NCBI GenBank assembly: GCA_016748015.1
Contig: JAAOMT010000183.1
Location: 351,144-377,906 of the forward strand
Source of the DNA: Geosiphon pyriformis uo1
Lineage: Eukaryota; Fungi; Glomeromycota
Direction: 5' to 3'
DNA length: 26,763 nucleotides
The notes under the pieces are model-generated. The model did not search any database. It saw only the letters and a list, made by a program, of their open reading frames with translations, and had not been told where the DNA came from. This document shows positions 10,447 to 22,765 of the stretch, piece after piece. A program made the translations under genes and the position numbers. How positions within the stretch are numbered: position 1 is the stretch's first letter; each line of letters begins with the position of its first letter.

Positions 10447-11893
10447 CTAACCATTAAAAAAATCATCGATCCGCGCAGTCAAAAGACGACTTGTATAATA
10501 TGCTCCTGAATGAATTTCTGTTGTCGTTGTTGTTGTCGTTGCTGAGTAATTTGTCGTCGCGTCGTTCTTCAACATTTCTTTTATATGGTTTTCTGATTCT
10601 AAACACTGGCGATACACAGTTTTACCCTCTTCATATGTAAACTCTTCATCTGCAAACTCTTTTATGATTGACACATCATTTGTAGACACCTTAAATAGCT
10701 TATACATTTTCCAAAGTTTCCACAACTTGTTCTGAACTTCTTCCGCAGTAGGACGATTTAATGGATTAGCATCCCAACACTTTACAATAATTTCGACAAT
10801 ACAAAGTGGAATAAGTGGGGAGGTAATTTCAGGTCTAATACCCTTAGAAAGAATATTAAATATGAGAGTATTATCATGAGGACGGTAATATCACCAGCCG
10901 GAGTAAACTTTTCCCCTCTTAAAACTTCTGGTGGAATGTATAATATCACTCCAAAGATCTCTTTTTCACTCGTTGTTGTTGCTTCATTGTTTATTGGTTG
11001 ACATAATCCGAGGTCTCCAATATTTACAGTCTTACGTCCTTTAGAGCTATATTTTAGAATGTTGCCCGAGTGTAGGTCACAATGAACCAGACCAGAAGAA
11101 TGAATTTTTGAAAGTCCTTTAGCTATATCACGCGCGATCCCTAATTTATAAAACCAACTGGTAGAATGAAAATTTTTTTGATAAATATCTTCGCATGTCT
11201 CCATCTTAGGCAAACTCCATCACAATTCCATAGTCGAGTGTTTCAGCGTTTTGCGTAAGCCCCATATCAAAGAGATAGTACCTGAATACCAACCATTTTG
11301 AACTTCAATAGTTCTTTGAATATTTAACTATCAACAGTATATCAAAGTAAATAGATAATATACATTAAATAATTAATAGGTAAATATAAATTAATAATAA
11401 ATATAAATACATAATAATAATAATAATATAATTACCTCTTTAAATATTTCTTCACTGTTCGTTATAATTTTTAGTGCTACTTCCGTCCCTTCTTCATCTC
11501 CTTCCCATCTTTCATATTCCAATGAACCATGATGTTTTATAGCATTAGTATCAATTAATCCATCCATATAAGTTGCTTTAGAAATTATGCCAAACCCTCC
11601 TCTAGCAATTTCTTTGATATTCGAGAAACGCTCCCATAGAATTCATTCATAATAATGAACATTACCATTATCAAATTAATTATCACTCTCAGGTTGATTA
11701 TAGATTGGATTCTTAATTATTACATCCACTTCTTTATTACCGCTTGAAAAGTTGCGGTAAAGCTTTTTAAAAAATGTAAAGTGGCATGCAGCACAGGAAT
11801 TCCTTTCATTTCTTGTAAACTCTCTTGACACAAAAAACACTCGTCGCAATCATGAGTATATGGATAAGTGTTTTTAATTTCTTTGTTTTCCAT
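10447..11893 (-). pseudogene. Protein kinase pseudogene (Glomeromycotina-expanded TKL-like, HxDLHxGN type)
   Basis: Cys-rich N-terminus, then YE*ILWERFSNIKEIARGGFG (EW>E*), VALK, an intron at 11435-11328, HCDLHSGNIL, DLG and YIPPEVL. Frameshifts, stops and loss of the subdomain IX segment after GDI. Confidence 0.9.
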
Positions 11894-14800
11894 GGTGTGA
11901 ATAAAGAACAAAAGGGCAAAAAGATAAAATGTGAATATATTATTATTCGAAGAGAAGTTCTTTAAACCTTCATTTGATAGTAGATTAGGAAGTAATTTTT
12001 CTAAAGGCGAGTTCTTATTTATGTTGTTTTTCTATGTTCGCATAGTCTCCACCCCAAGTGATCAGATTGGAATAAGAATTGCCTTAGCTTTTCTTTACAA
12101 ATTAATTTATTAACCTTATTCATTAGACTGTGATTCGATACAAATCAATAATATCAAATAGGGTTTAACTATGACCAAATTTAAGTAGCTATGCTACGCG
12201 CCAAACAAGTTTCCAATTGTCGCATTGTCTTGCCGCCTAAATAAGTTAGTGAATTTATTTGTAGAACAACAGTAAAAACAACAAGAACATAATTTAGGCT
12301 TCGTGTGAAGCATAAAAATACTGTATGATTCATTAATCAAATATCATAAATTTGCTTGGATACTGTTTAAAGGCATTTTTATATTTAATAATAAAACAGA
12401 AAAATTTTATTAACGCCCGCTTTTCATTTCTTATTTTTGTTAGCTCTCAGTTTCTCTTTGAGCTAAGCTAATTTTTCCATTTCAATGGATTAAATTCAAA
12501 CCTACAGTAAATGCATGTTAGAGCTAAGATTTAATAATAAAATTAACGATTTGAGCATTACCATTTGATCAAATTATATTTGATTTCTCAGTCGAAACTT
12601 TTAATAAGCAACTCATCTCAAATTCGGTTCAAGTTGATAACGCAGAGGATTACTTATTTTCGGAACTTTATAGTATGTAAAAAAATATTGGTTATTTTTA
12701 TCTTAAAAACAATCAAATAGAAAATAATCTGAAATTTATTAAATTTTATTTTAAAAACCAGGTGTTTTATTATTCATATGATTTCTTAAAAGTGTTACAA
12801 AGAACATTACATATAATTAATGTGCATAAATTAATTTTAATTAATTTAAGTTAGTAAACTTTTATTTACAATTCTTCAAATTCTAAAAAATATATAAATA
12901 ATTATTAACTATAGTATTTGAATAAATTAATTAAAACTTAATTAACAACGAAATAAAATTTATTATCCTATTAATATCTTAAACAATTAGATTTTTGTAA
13001 ATTAACAATATTTTAAAAATTAATTAAATAAATAGATTTTAAAAAAATTAATTGTATGTTTACTAATTATTATTTTACCTTTTATTTAAGTTTTAATTTT
13101 ACTTCATTTTAATATTAAATGTTAGCAATAAAATCTCAGTTTTTTGAAATGTATAATATTTTCGTTATTATAAATTAATATTAAAACCAATATATCAGCA
13201 GATTTAACGCTTAGGATTAGTCATTAGGCAAATATCGTCGGTTTTCTATTTTGGCATTTTCTTCTCTGTTTATTTAATTTTTATTAGTCTCCTTTTGGTA
13301 AGTTACAAAATGATTTCTATCAGGAAAGCTGGCGGCCCAGTTTTCCATTATAGATTTTTAGTATAGCTAGATTATTAATATTATTATTCAAAGATCGCCA
13401 GAAACTAATTTAGAGACCTGATTTGAAAATCTTGAAAGATTTCAGTAACAGCCAGGACGCTTTACTGTGATAAAAAGGGAAGTAAATTTATTATAAGTTA
13501 ATCACCCATAAATAATATAATTCCCGCTATTAATGACTATTTCAAATTTGAACTATTATTTTATGATTGCTTGGCCTTCAAAGAGATTAATTATATTTTT
13601 TGAAATGCTTAGATGAATGTAATAACCTTCACAAAAAACTTTATTTAGCTTGCCTCTTACTGGTTTAAAGGAGTTAACATAATAAATTGAATAACCTGTA
13701 AATTTTAATGACATAAATTAGTCAGGATAGAAAAAACTTATTCCATTAGTGGTCCCGATTCAGAGTTTTTTATCATGAAAACTGAATCGATGTGAAACTA
13801 GAGATTGTCGTGTAACCAATAGTATTCAGAATAACTTTACTCAATTTATTTAATTATCGCATGTTCCCTGACCACAGGTTCAAATTAAATTTATAGTAAA
13901 TTTCAATATTTTAGCATATTTTAGTAGTCAAGATATTAACCAAAAAAACTTGTAGCGGAATATATTTTATCAATTTGTAAATGTGTTAAAATTTTCAAAA
14001 TCACCATCTTAATTACATAAAAGTTTTTTTCTTTATTAATTTAGAAAATTGATAGTCTTATTGCCACAAAACTTGGGTTTAATAATTTTATAAAAAATCA
14101 AATCACCAAGAACTATAATTAATATGTTCAATTCTTTTTCATTTTTGAATTGAATTAAAAAATGAAATTGTTTTCGAAAATAATTAAAACAAAATTATTT
14201 ATTGCATTTTAAAATCTAATTTTATCAATCATCTTTTAGGTAGTTTAGAGATAATACTTGACAAAATACCATGCGAAAAATGATTTGAGCATTATCAAAA
14301 AGTCTAAATTTATTTATCAAAAAAGAAGGTAAATGTAATCTGATATCTTAATATGCGTGATTATCCGCTCTACCAACAACCACAATTAATAAATCCTCAC
14401 CAATGCATGCAAAATTCTAAAATGCCAAGATAAATAAAAAAATTATTAATCAAAGAAATTTATTTAGTACAGAAGTATAAAATATTTTTAGATTTTGTGC
14501 TTATGGAAACCTGTGTATTTGGCTTTGATATAATATACATATCGTTAACTTTATTTCAGCCGCCTCTATGATAGTAAAGAGTTCTATAATGATAATAATG
14601 ATAATAGGATAATCATGAGGTCTTAATGATTTATATTAAAATTTCACTGGCTCAGGTTAAATTATACAGCTTACCTTTTTTTCCTATTAATTCAGAGAGG
14701 AGATTTATTATTTACGAAATGAATTTTATCTTATTCGAAATCATTACTAGTTTATTTCATATGTATAAAATTCAAAATTATTAAAATAATTGAATGCAAA

Positions 14801-15947
14801 AATTTTAATTTTTTTGGTCTTCAGTCATTAATCTTTTAATTCTTAGGCTATGATCCTTTTATGAATAAATTTTTTAGATACATATATTATGATAGATAAT
14901 TTTAATAATATTGGACATTATATGAAATAAAACAGTTTTTACAAAAAAATTAATTTAGACAAAATATTGTTTTGTTTGTTTTTTATTAAACAAAATTATT
15001 GATAATATTTGTGAAATTTGTGTAAAAATTCAATATACTGTAAATAACAACTATATATTTTTTTACTTTAAAAACTAGTTTCCAGTTTCAAATTTTTTGA
15101 AATTTTTTTTTTGCATTTTTGTATTAGTAGTATTACACGATATAAGTAATAGAATTAAGATAATTATCTTTGATAACTGTGCATTTAAAACAGGAATTTT
15201 GTTAATCTTGACATAAATTTAATATTCCAATCTATTCAGGTATTATATTTAGACAACTTTCATAGTTCCAATCATACATCATAATTTTTAAACTTTAGTT
15301 TCATAAGTAATAAAAATTAATATTCCCTCCTCTTATTGTTGTTGTTGCTATTGTTTCTAGGTTTAATTTTTCATTGTTTTCCTGTTAAGTTAAATTCAAT
15401 GTTGTAAATTCCTAATTAAATTAAAAAAATATAAGCTACTTTGAATGAATAAAATATTTAAAGTACTTTGAATGAATAAAACAAGGATTAATCATTTGTT
15501 GTATATTGTTCCATTACAGATATAACACCTTAATGAACTCTTAATTCGTGGTTCCAAAGAAATTAAAAAAAACCGCCAAGTGTTTCCAATTACTTCTCTT
15601 TATTAAATTCTTAACTCTAGCTTTTTACCTTTCTGCAGTAAAAATACATGATAACTTGAAAACCAATCTCGATAATTTATATTCAAATAATTCACCTTGA
15701 AAAAGATACTTTAGAGCATTTAAAAGTCTTATAATTCAGAATTAATAGAACACATTCTCACAGTTATAAGACTTCTTTTTACTTAAAGATGAATAAGATT
15801 TTGAAAATTAAAATTTTATGAAAAATAAATCTTTTAAATGTAACCGAGTCTACACATTCTATTGATCCCTCAATTATATTCGAGTCCTAGCTCCAACACC
15901 TTAATTCGCTTTTTGTCATATATTTTCCACTGTGTTATTAAAAGTCT

Positions 15948-16823
15948 CTATTTTAATGTAATTTCACTTTCCTGCAAAATTTTTTTGAAGTTTCGGGAAT
16001 TCGAGTGTTTTATAATTTTATATAAACGACGTCCCGGAAATAATTTTCTAACTTTTTTCCAATCTTTTCCATATTCTTGCAACCCTTTGATTAGATTTTG
16101 ATTTTCTTCTTCAGTCCACGGCCCCTTTTTAATCCAAGGAGTAAGAAAGTCGATATAGTGGCGTTTTATACTTTTAGCAGGTCTCTCAAGAAAATGGCTC
16201 ATTTTTCCCCATTGATTACCAAACTTTTTAACCAAACTTTTCAATTTCTCCTCTTCTTCTTTTGTCCATTGACCACGCTTTGGATGCAATAATATATTAA
16301 AATAGCGCTCCGATAGCTGCCTAGGGGTTTTTAAAAGAAAAATCCCTGTTGATGATATAGCTTTCCAGGAAATTTTGCTTTTGCCATATTTTTTTACTGC
16401 AGATATGAGTTCCATATCCTCTTTCGGTGTCCACTTGGTATTTTTAATATAAAGACTTTCAGAGTTTACTAACTTTTGCTTTGTGAGTTTATAATATTGA
16501 AATCTTATAGCACCTATTGTCCGCTCCGGGAAATACTTTTCAGCAATAATCTTCCATGATAACCCATTTTGCCTTCGAAACTCGATCAAAGCTGTTTTCT
16601 CTTCAACAGTCCATTTCGGGCTATCTCTTACACGAGATGCTTTCTTGGTTATTCTTTGATCAGCTATAAGATTCTTAATCTCTAGGGAAATAACCGAATC
16701 ATTTTTCTTGCTAGAATCAGTAAACGATGGAATGGGATTAGCAGGTATTTTAGTTAGGGAGCCCTTTTGAAAAAATGAAAAGAGGGATGGTGACCTATTC
16801 TTGATAAAATTTAGGATATTCAT
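15948..16823 (-). CDS. Myb/SANT repeat protein with 4 repeats, copy A (intact, intronless, 291 aa)
   Basis: Four W-T-x-x-E repeats (KWTVEEK, KWTPKED, QWTKEEE, PWTEEEN), each followed by a G..W motif. The fourth repeat is degenerate at its C-terminal end. Confidence 0.9.
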   Translation of the reverse strand: MNILNFIKNRSPSLFSFFQKGSLTKIPANPIPSFTDSSKKNDSVISLEIKNLIADQRITKKASRVRDSPKWTVEEKTALIEFRRQNGLSWKIIAEKYFPERTIGAIRFQYYKLTKQKLVNSESLYIKNTKWTPKEDMELISAVKKYGKSKISWKAISSTGIFLLKTPRQLSERYFNILLHPKRGQWTKEEEEKLKSLVKKFGNQWGKMSHFLERPAKSIKRHYIDFLTPWIKKGPWTEEENQNLIKGLQEYGKDWKKVRKLFPGRRLYKIIKHSNSRNFKKILQESEITLK

Positions 16824-17175
16824 TGATTAAAACTCTTCAGGGATTTAATATCAAGATCTTTCAAATTTTTCGCTTGATGCTTTTAATAGTAAAAAAAGAT
16901 CAGCATATTTTTCATTGGATCTTTGGCTTCCCATATTTAGAAAGGGAGACAAAAAAATGCAACCAATTTTTACACTCAGTCCAGATTGAAACCCTTTATT
17001 TGAAGGTTTGTCGAATAGTATTATAACTCCAAGTGATAAAAACAAACAATCATTATTAACCACCTAATCCATTCTCCCGATTACGAGACTTATATTTTTT
17101 AATCTGTCAAATCTAAAGTTTCGTGAAAAATAAAATTTTCTAATGTAATTGAATCTATCTATAACACAGGTTTTG

Positions 17176-20100
17176 NNNNNNNNNNNNNNNNNNNNNNNNN
17201 NNNNNNNNNNNNNNNNNNNNNNNNNNNNNNNNNNNNNNNNNNNNNNNNNNNNNNNNNNNNNNNNNNNNNNNNNNNNNNNNNNNNNNNNNNNNNNNNNNNN
17301 NNNNNNNNNNNNNNNNNNNNNNNNNNNNNNNNAAATCAAATGATGAATTTTTTATTTAAAAGCCAGTTTAAATATACTTGATAAAAAAATTTAATCATTA
17401 AATCAATGACTAAATTAATAAGCAAACTAATAGTTAAGGTAATAATTTTTTTCATTAAAATAAAATATAAAAAACTAAAAAATAATTTGAATTTGAGTTT
17501 GTTTGTTTTTTTTTAATTGAATATTTGCCACTAATAATTTTTAATTAAAAGTAATTTAATGATCTCATTTTAAATAAAATTTTAATCTTTATAAAGCGCA
17601 ATAATATTTATTTTAAAATTTATTTATTTATTTATTTTATAATTTTTTTATTAAATTTGTTTTCAATAATTTTTTATTGCTTATTTTAGTTCAAAAGAAA
17701 AAAACTCAAAGGTTTAGATAACTCGAAAAATAATATCAAGTTTTTTAATAAGTGGTTAAAAAATCTTAAGACATTCAACAATTTAAACAAATTTTATATA
17801 CATGGGGAAGCTGCAAATAATCCTACTGAATTTTTATCTTATATAAAGAATCTCTTTGACAATAAATAAGAAAATATTCCTTTAATGATGTTTTTGATGG
17901 GTTTTTTCCGAATAATATTAAATCAAACACTTTCATTATAGTTAGTCATTGGAACTAAAAGTTAAATTTATATAATATAATAANNNNNNNNNNNNNNNNN
18001 NNNCCCAGAAGCCAGAGAAGTAATATAGTGACGATATATGTTATGAGCAGGTCTCTCAAGAAAATGGCTTACTTTTCTCCATTGATTACCAAACTTTTTG
18101 ACCAAAATTTTTCTTCTGATTTCGTTCATTTCCCACGCTTTGGACATATTAATATATTATAATAGCGATACTTCAGCTGAGCAACATTTTTCTCAAGAAA
18201 AATTCCATTTAATAATATACCCTTCCAGGAAATTTTGCTTGTGCCATATTTTTCCAAATCTGTGTTCGATATCCTCCCTTGGCGTTCACTTAGCAGCTCC
18301 AATACAAAAAGTTCCAGAGTTTAATGACTACTGCTTTTTGAGACTATAGTATTGAACTCTTATAGCATCTGCTGTCCGATCTGGGAAATACTTTTCAGCA
18401 ATAATCTTCCATGATAACCCATTTTGCCTTCGAAACTCAATCAAAGCTGTCTTCTCTTCAACAGTCCATTTCTGATAATCTCTCACTTGAGGTGCTTTCC
18501 CGGTTATTCTTTGATCAGCTATACGATTCTTAATTTCTAGGGAAATAACCGAATCATTTTTCGTACTAGAACCGGTAAACGATGGCAGGTATTTTAACCA
18601 GGGAGTCCTTTTGAAAAAATAAAAAGAGAAATACTATTCTATCCTCAAAAATCTTGATCAAATTTAGGATATTCATCAAATAAACGCCTAATATCAAAAG
18701 TTGTACCAATTACTGATTGAAGTTTTAGTCAATAATTGATAAAATAAGGCTTTTCCCGTTAAAATGATGANNNNNNNNNNNNNNNNNNNNNNNNNNNNNN
18801 NNNNNNNNNNNNNNNNNNNNNNNNNNNNNNNNNNNNNNNNNNNNNNNNNNNNNNNNNNNNNNNNNNNNNNNNNNNNNNNNNNNNNNNNNNNNNNNNNNNN
18901 NNNNNNNNNNNNNNNNNNNNNNNNNNNNNNNNNNNNNNNNNNNNNNNNNNNNNNNNNNNNNNNNNNNNNNNNNNNNNNNNNNNNNNNNNNNNNNNNNNNN
19001 NNNNNNNNNNNNNNNNNNNNNNNNNNNNNNNNNNNNNNNNNNNNNNNNNNNNNNNNNNNNNNNNNNNNNNNNNNNNNNNNNNNNNNNNNNNNNNNNNNNN
19101 NNNNNNNNNNNNNNNNNNNNNNNNNNNNNNNNNNNNNNNNNNNNNNNNNNNNNNNNNNNNNNNNNNNNNNNNNNNNNNNNNNNNNNNNNNNNNNNNNNNN
19201 NNNNNNNNNNNNNNNNNNNNNNNNNNNNNNNNNNNNNNNNNNNNNNNNNNNNNNNNNNNNNNNNNNNNNNNNNNNNNNNNNNNNNNNNNNNNNNNNNNNN
19301 NNNNNNNNNNNNNNNNNNNNNNNNNNNNNNNNNNNNNNNNNNNNNNNNNNNNNNNNNNNNNNNNNNNNNNNNNNNNNNNNNNNNNNNNNNNNNNNNNNNN
19401 NNNNNNNNNNNNNNNNNNNNNNNNNNNNNNNNNNNNNNNNNNNNNNNNNNNNNNNNNNNNNNNNNNNNNNNNNNNNNNNNNNNNNNNNNNNNNNNNNNNN
19501 NNNNNNNNNNNNNNNNNNNNNNNNNNNNNNNNNNNNNNNNNNNNNNNNNNNNNNNNNNNNNNNNNNNNNNNNNNNNNNNNNNNNNNNNNNNNNNNNNNNN
19601 NNNNNNNNNNNNNNNNNNNNNNNNNNNNNNNNNNNNNNNNTTGTATTGATTTACTTGTATGCAATGCATCAAGAAAATTAAAATCAGTAGTCATTGCTCA
19701 TTTCAAAATTTTGGTGCTTTTAAGAATGTTAATATTGGATTCTTGCCAGTTATGCACAAAACAAACGAAAAAATTTGTATGCCTGAAAATATTTTTAATG
19801 AATTATTATGCTATATATATATATACAAGTGTTCAATCCAAAAATAACATATTGTTTTATTGATAAATAACACCATATCTCACCACTTGCTGTCTGTTTA
19901 AATAATAAAGAAGATAAAATTCTAAAAATGGTAATAAAATTTAAATTGAACAGTAATATTAATTTTTTGTTTTTAAATAGTTAATAAATAATTTATTTAA
20001 TTTAGCGGATTCAACAAAAAATATTAACTTTAACTCTGAAAATATTGAAATTTAATAGAATTAATTTTCTGTTTTTAAATAATATCTGAATTAATAAAAA

Positions 20101-20232
20101 TTTCTCAAAAAACCTCAAGAGTTTCATTAAAATAATTCCAATAAAGCAAAGAATCCTGAAAACATCTAAATTATTTTAATTTAGAAGTTCTGCTTAAATT
20201 GATTGAGAATATNNNNNNNNNNNNNNNNNNNN
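17176..20232. other. Assembly gaps: 17176-17332, 17984-18003, 18771-19640, 20213-20232
   Basis: Runs of N, all inside the Myb repeat cluster. Confidence 1.
18004..18676 (-). pseudogene. Myb repeat paralog copy B (pseudogene; 3' end runs into a gap)
   Basis: ATG at 18676 (MNILNLIK...). 18004-18562 is the reverse complement of 21665-22223 and carries the same premature TAG and frameshifts as copy C. Confidence 0.85.
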
Positions 20233-20309
20233 GGTTTAAGATTTTGATTTGTTAGTAAAATTTTCATAAATACTTTTGGAAAAAATTTTCGCTTCTAATT
20301 ATATATATA

Positions 20310-21297
20310 TAGACCCATGAAACAAAATTAGGAAGACTTCCTCAAGACCATAAAGAATTTTAAAGATTGCAGTAATTTTAAAAAGCTTAAAATTACATCT
20401 TTGTGGTTATTTTTAATAACAAAAAACATTCGTCTTTGTTTCAATTTATTATTTAATTAAAGAGTGACTTGGAAATTCGAAATGTATACACAAATAGGTC
20501 ACCGAAAAGATCTTTGTCAAAACGATTGTTATACGGTAAAAATGCTTTAAGAGCGACAGTCCTCTACTTGTGTTAAAATTTTCTTTAAAGTTTAAATTAA
20601 CAAAAAATACTGAGTAATTAAGAAGAAATAATAGTGGTCGAATATCTATTCAAATTTCTTTAGAAATTAAAAAAATCAAGTAATAAGAAAGATACCAAAA
20701 CATATGTTTACTGCCGAAATCTCATCTCGAAAAGCAATATTAAAATTCTTATATAATCCCTAAACGGCGACGTGCTCTTTGGACAGACGAATCATAAAAG
20801 TGAGCTTTACAATCCTGATCATACACGAGCAACTGTTAAAAGTGATCCAATCATTATGAACACTAAAAAAGCTATATTCCAGGAAGATAAAGTTCCAACT
20901 CACAAGTACAAGCTTGTGAAAGAACTCCATGATAATCTTGGAATTGTGACTTTGGAATGGCCTCCACAATCGCCAGATCTTAGTCCAATTGAAAATATGT
21001 GGAAAAAGGTTAAATATCAAATTCACCAGAACCGAAAGTAACGAACAGAAGCTGACTTGGAGGAGGCAGTTTTAATGCTTGAAATGTTATTCCATTAAAG
21101 ACAATTCTTCAATTTATTAACTCGATGCCAAAACGTCTTAAAGAAGTTATAAAAAGAAATGGGTATGCGACCCATTGGTAGAAGTTTGTTTTTCAATAAT
21201 AAATGATAATGAAAAAAGTTACCTTTTAATACATATAAAAATAACCGTTATTATTATTTTATTTTGAGAAATCGTCCTAATTTCGTGTCACTGTCTG
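20310..21297 (+). mobile_element. Internally deleted Tc1/mariner (DD34E) DNA transposon, ~990 bp, with imperfect TIRs and TA flanks
   Basis: WTDES (20780-20794); FQED...WPPQSPDLSPIE with 34 residues between D and E; frameshifted tail SMPKRLKEVIKRNGYATHW* (stop 21179-21181). Left end TA|tagacccatgaaacaaaattaggaagacttcctcaa matches the reverse complement of the right end, TA|cagacagtgacacgaaattaggacgatttctcaa. Confidence 0.85.
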
Positions 21298-21572
21298 TAC
21301 ATTTAATCAATTTTTCCTTCAAAGTTACATGTATATGGAAAAAGTTTTCAAGATCTTTGCCTGAAAAAATTTTGATATTTTAAAAAACTCACTTATTTGA
21401 CAAAACCTTCAAAAAAGGGTTTTAATAGCATAATATTCTCTGTTTTTATCCATTTCTTAATTTAGGAAGCCAAAGATCCAATGAAAAATATGCTGATCTT
21501 TTTTTACTATTAAAAGCATCAAGCGAAAAATTTGAAAGATCTTGATATTAAATCCCTGAAGAGTTTTAATCA

Positions 21573-22373
21573 ATGAATATCCCAAATTTTATCAAGAATA
21601 GGTCACCACCCTCTTTTCATTTTTTAAAAAGGGCTCCCATTCCATCGTTTACTGATTCTAGCAAGAAAAATGATTCGGTTATTTCCCTAGAAATTAAGAA
21701 TCGTATAGCTGATCAAAGAATAACCGGGAAAGCACCTCAAGTGAGAGATTATCAGAAATGGACTGTTGAAGAGAAGACAGCTTTGATTGAGTTTCGAAGG
21801 CAAAATGGGTTATCATGGAAGATTATTGCTGAAAAGTATTTCCCAGATCGGACAGCAGATGCTATAAGAGTTCAATACTATAGTCTCAAAAAGCAGTAGT
21901 CATTAAACTCTGGAACTTTTTGTATTGGAGCTGCTAAGTGAACGCCAAGGGAGGATATCGAACACAGATTTGGAAAAATATGGCACAAGCAAAATTTCCT
22001 GGAAGGGTATATTATTAAATGGAATTTTTCTTGAGAAAAATGTTGCTCAGCTGAAGTATCGCTATTATAATATATTAATATGTCCAAAGCGTGGGAAATG
22101 AACGAAATCAGAAGAAAAATTTTGGTCAAAAAGTTTGGTAATCAATGGAGAAAAGTAAGCCATTTTCTTGAGAGACCTGCTCATAACATATATCGTCACT
22201 ATATTACTTCTCTGGCTTCTGGGATTAAAAGAGGCCCTTGGACTGACGAAGAAGACCAGAATTTAACTAAAGGTTTGCAAGAATATTGAAAAAAATTAGA
22301 AGCTTAGTGCCAGGACGTCATTTGGTCAAAATCAAAAAACGTTGCTATGATTCACCAAAAATTAAACAGATAA
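21573..22373 (+). pseudogene. Myb repeat paralog copy C (pseudogene)
   Basis: Colinear with copy D. Premature TAG at 21897-21899 (AAG in D), TGA in place of the repeat-2 Trp, small deletions and frameshifts. Homologous stop at 22371-22373. Confidence 0.9.
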
Positions 22374-22765
22374 TAACCACATTAGGATATCCGAGCTAGT
22401 TAATATGAAGATGCAAAACCTGTGTTATAGATAGATTCAATTACATTAGAAAATTTTATTTTTCACGAAACTTTAGATTTGACAGATTAAAAAATATAAG
22501 TCTCGTAATCGGGAGAATGGATTAGGTGGTTAATAATGATTGTTTGTTTTTATCACTTGGAGTTATAATACTATTCGACAAACCTTCAAATAAAGGGTTT
22601 CAATCTGGACTGAGTGTAAAAATTGGTTGCATTTTTTTGTCTCCCTTTCTAAATATGGGAAGCCAAAGATCCAATGAAAAATATGCTGATCTTTTTTTAC
22701 TATTAAAAGCATCAAGCGAAAAATTTGAAAGATCTTGATATTAAATCCCTGAAGAGTTTTAATCA

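Noticed and set aside
13200-13500. GC-richer island (caggaaagctggcggcccag) as a possible exon or RNA gene
   Set aside because: No sustained open frame, consistent splice pattern or RNA structure that I can support.
15437-15481. 18-bp direct repeat tactttgaatgaataaaa x2
   Set aside because: Simple local slippage-type duplication in AT-rich DNA.
17064-19694. Long X-rich ORFs
   Set aside because: Artefacts of translating N-gaps.
19641-19850. ORF 19659..19847 next to the large gap
   Set aside because: Short, with no recognisable domain.
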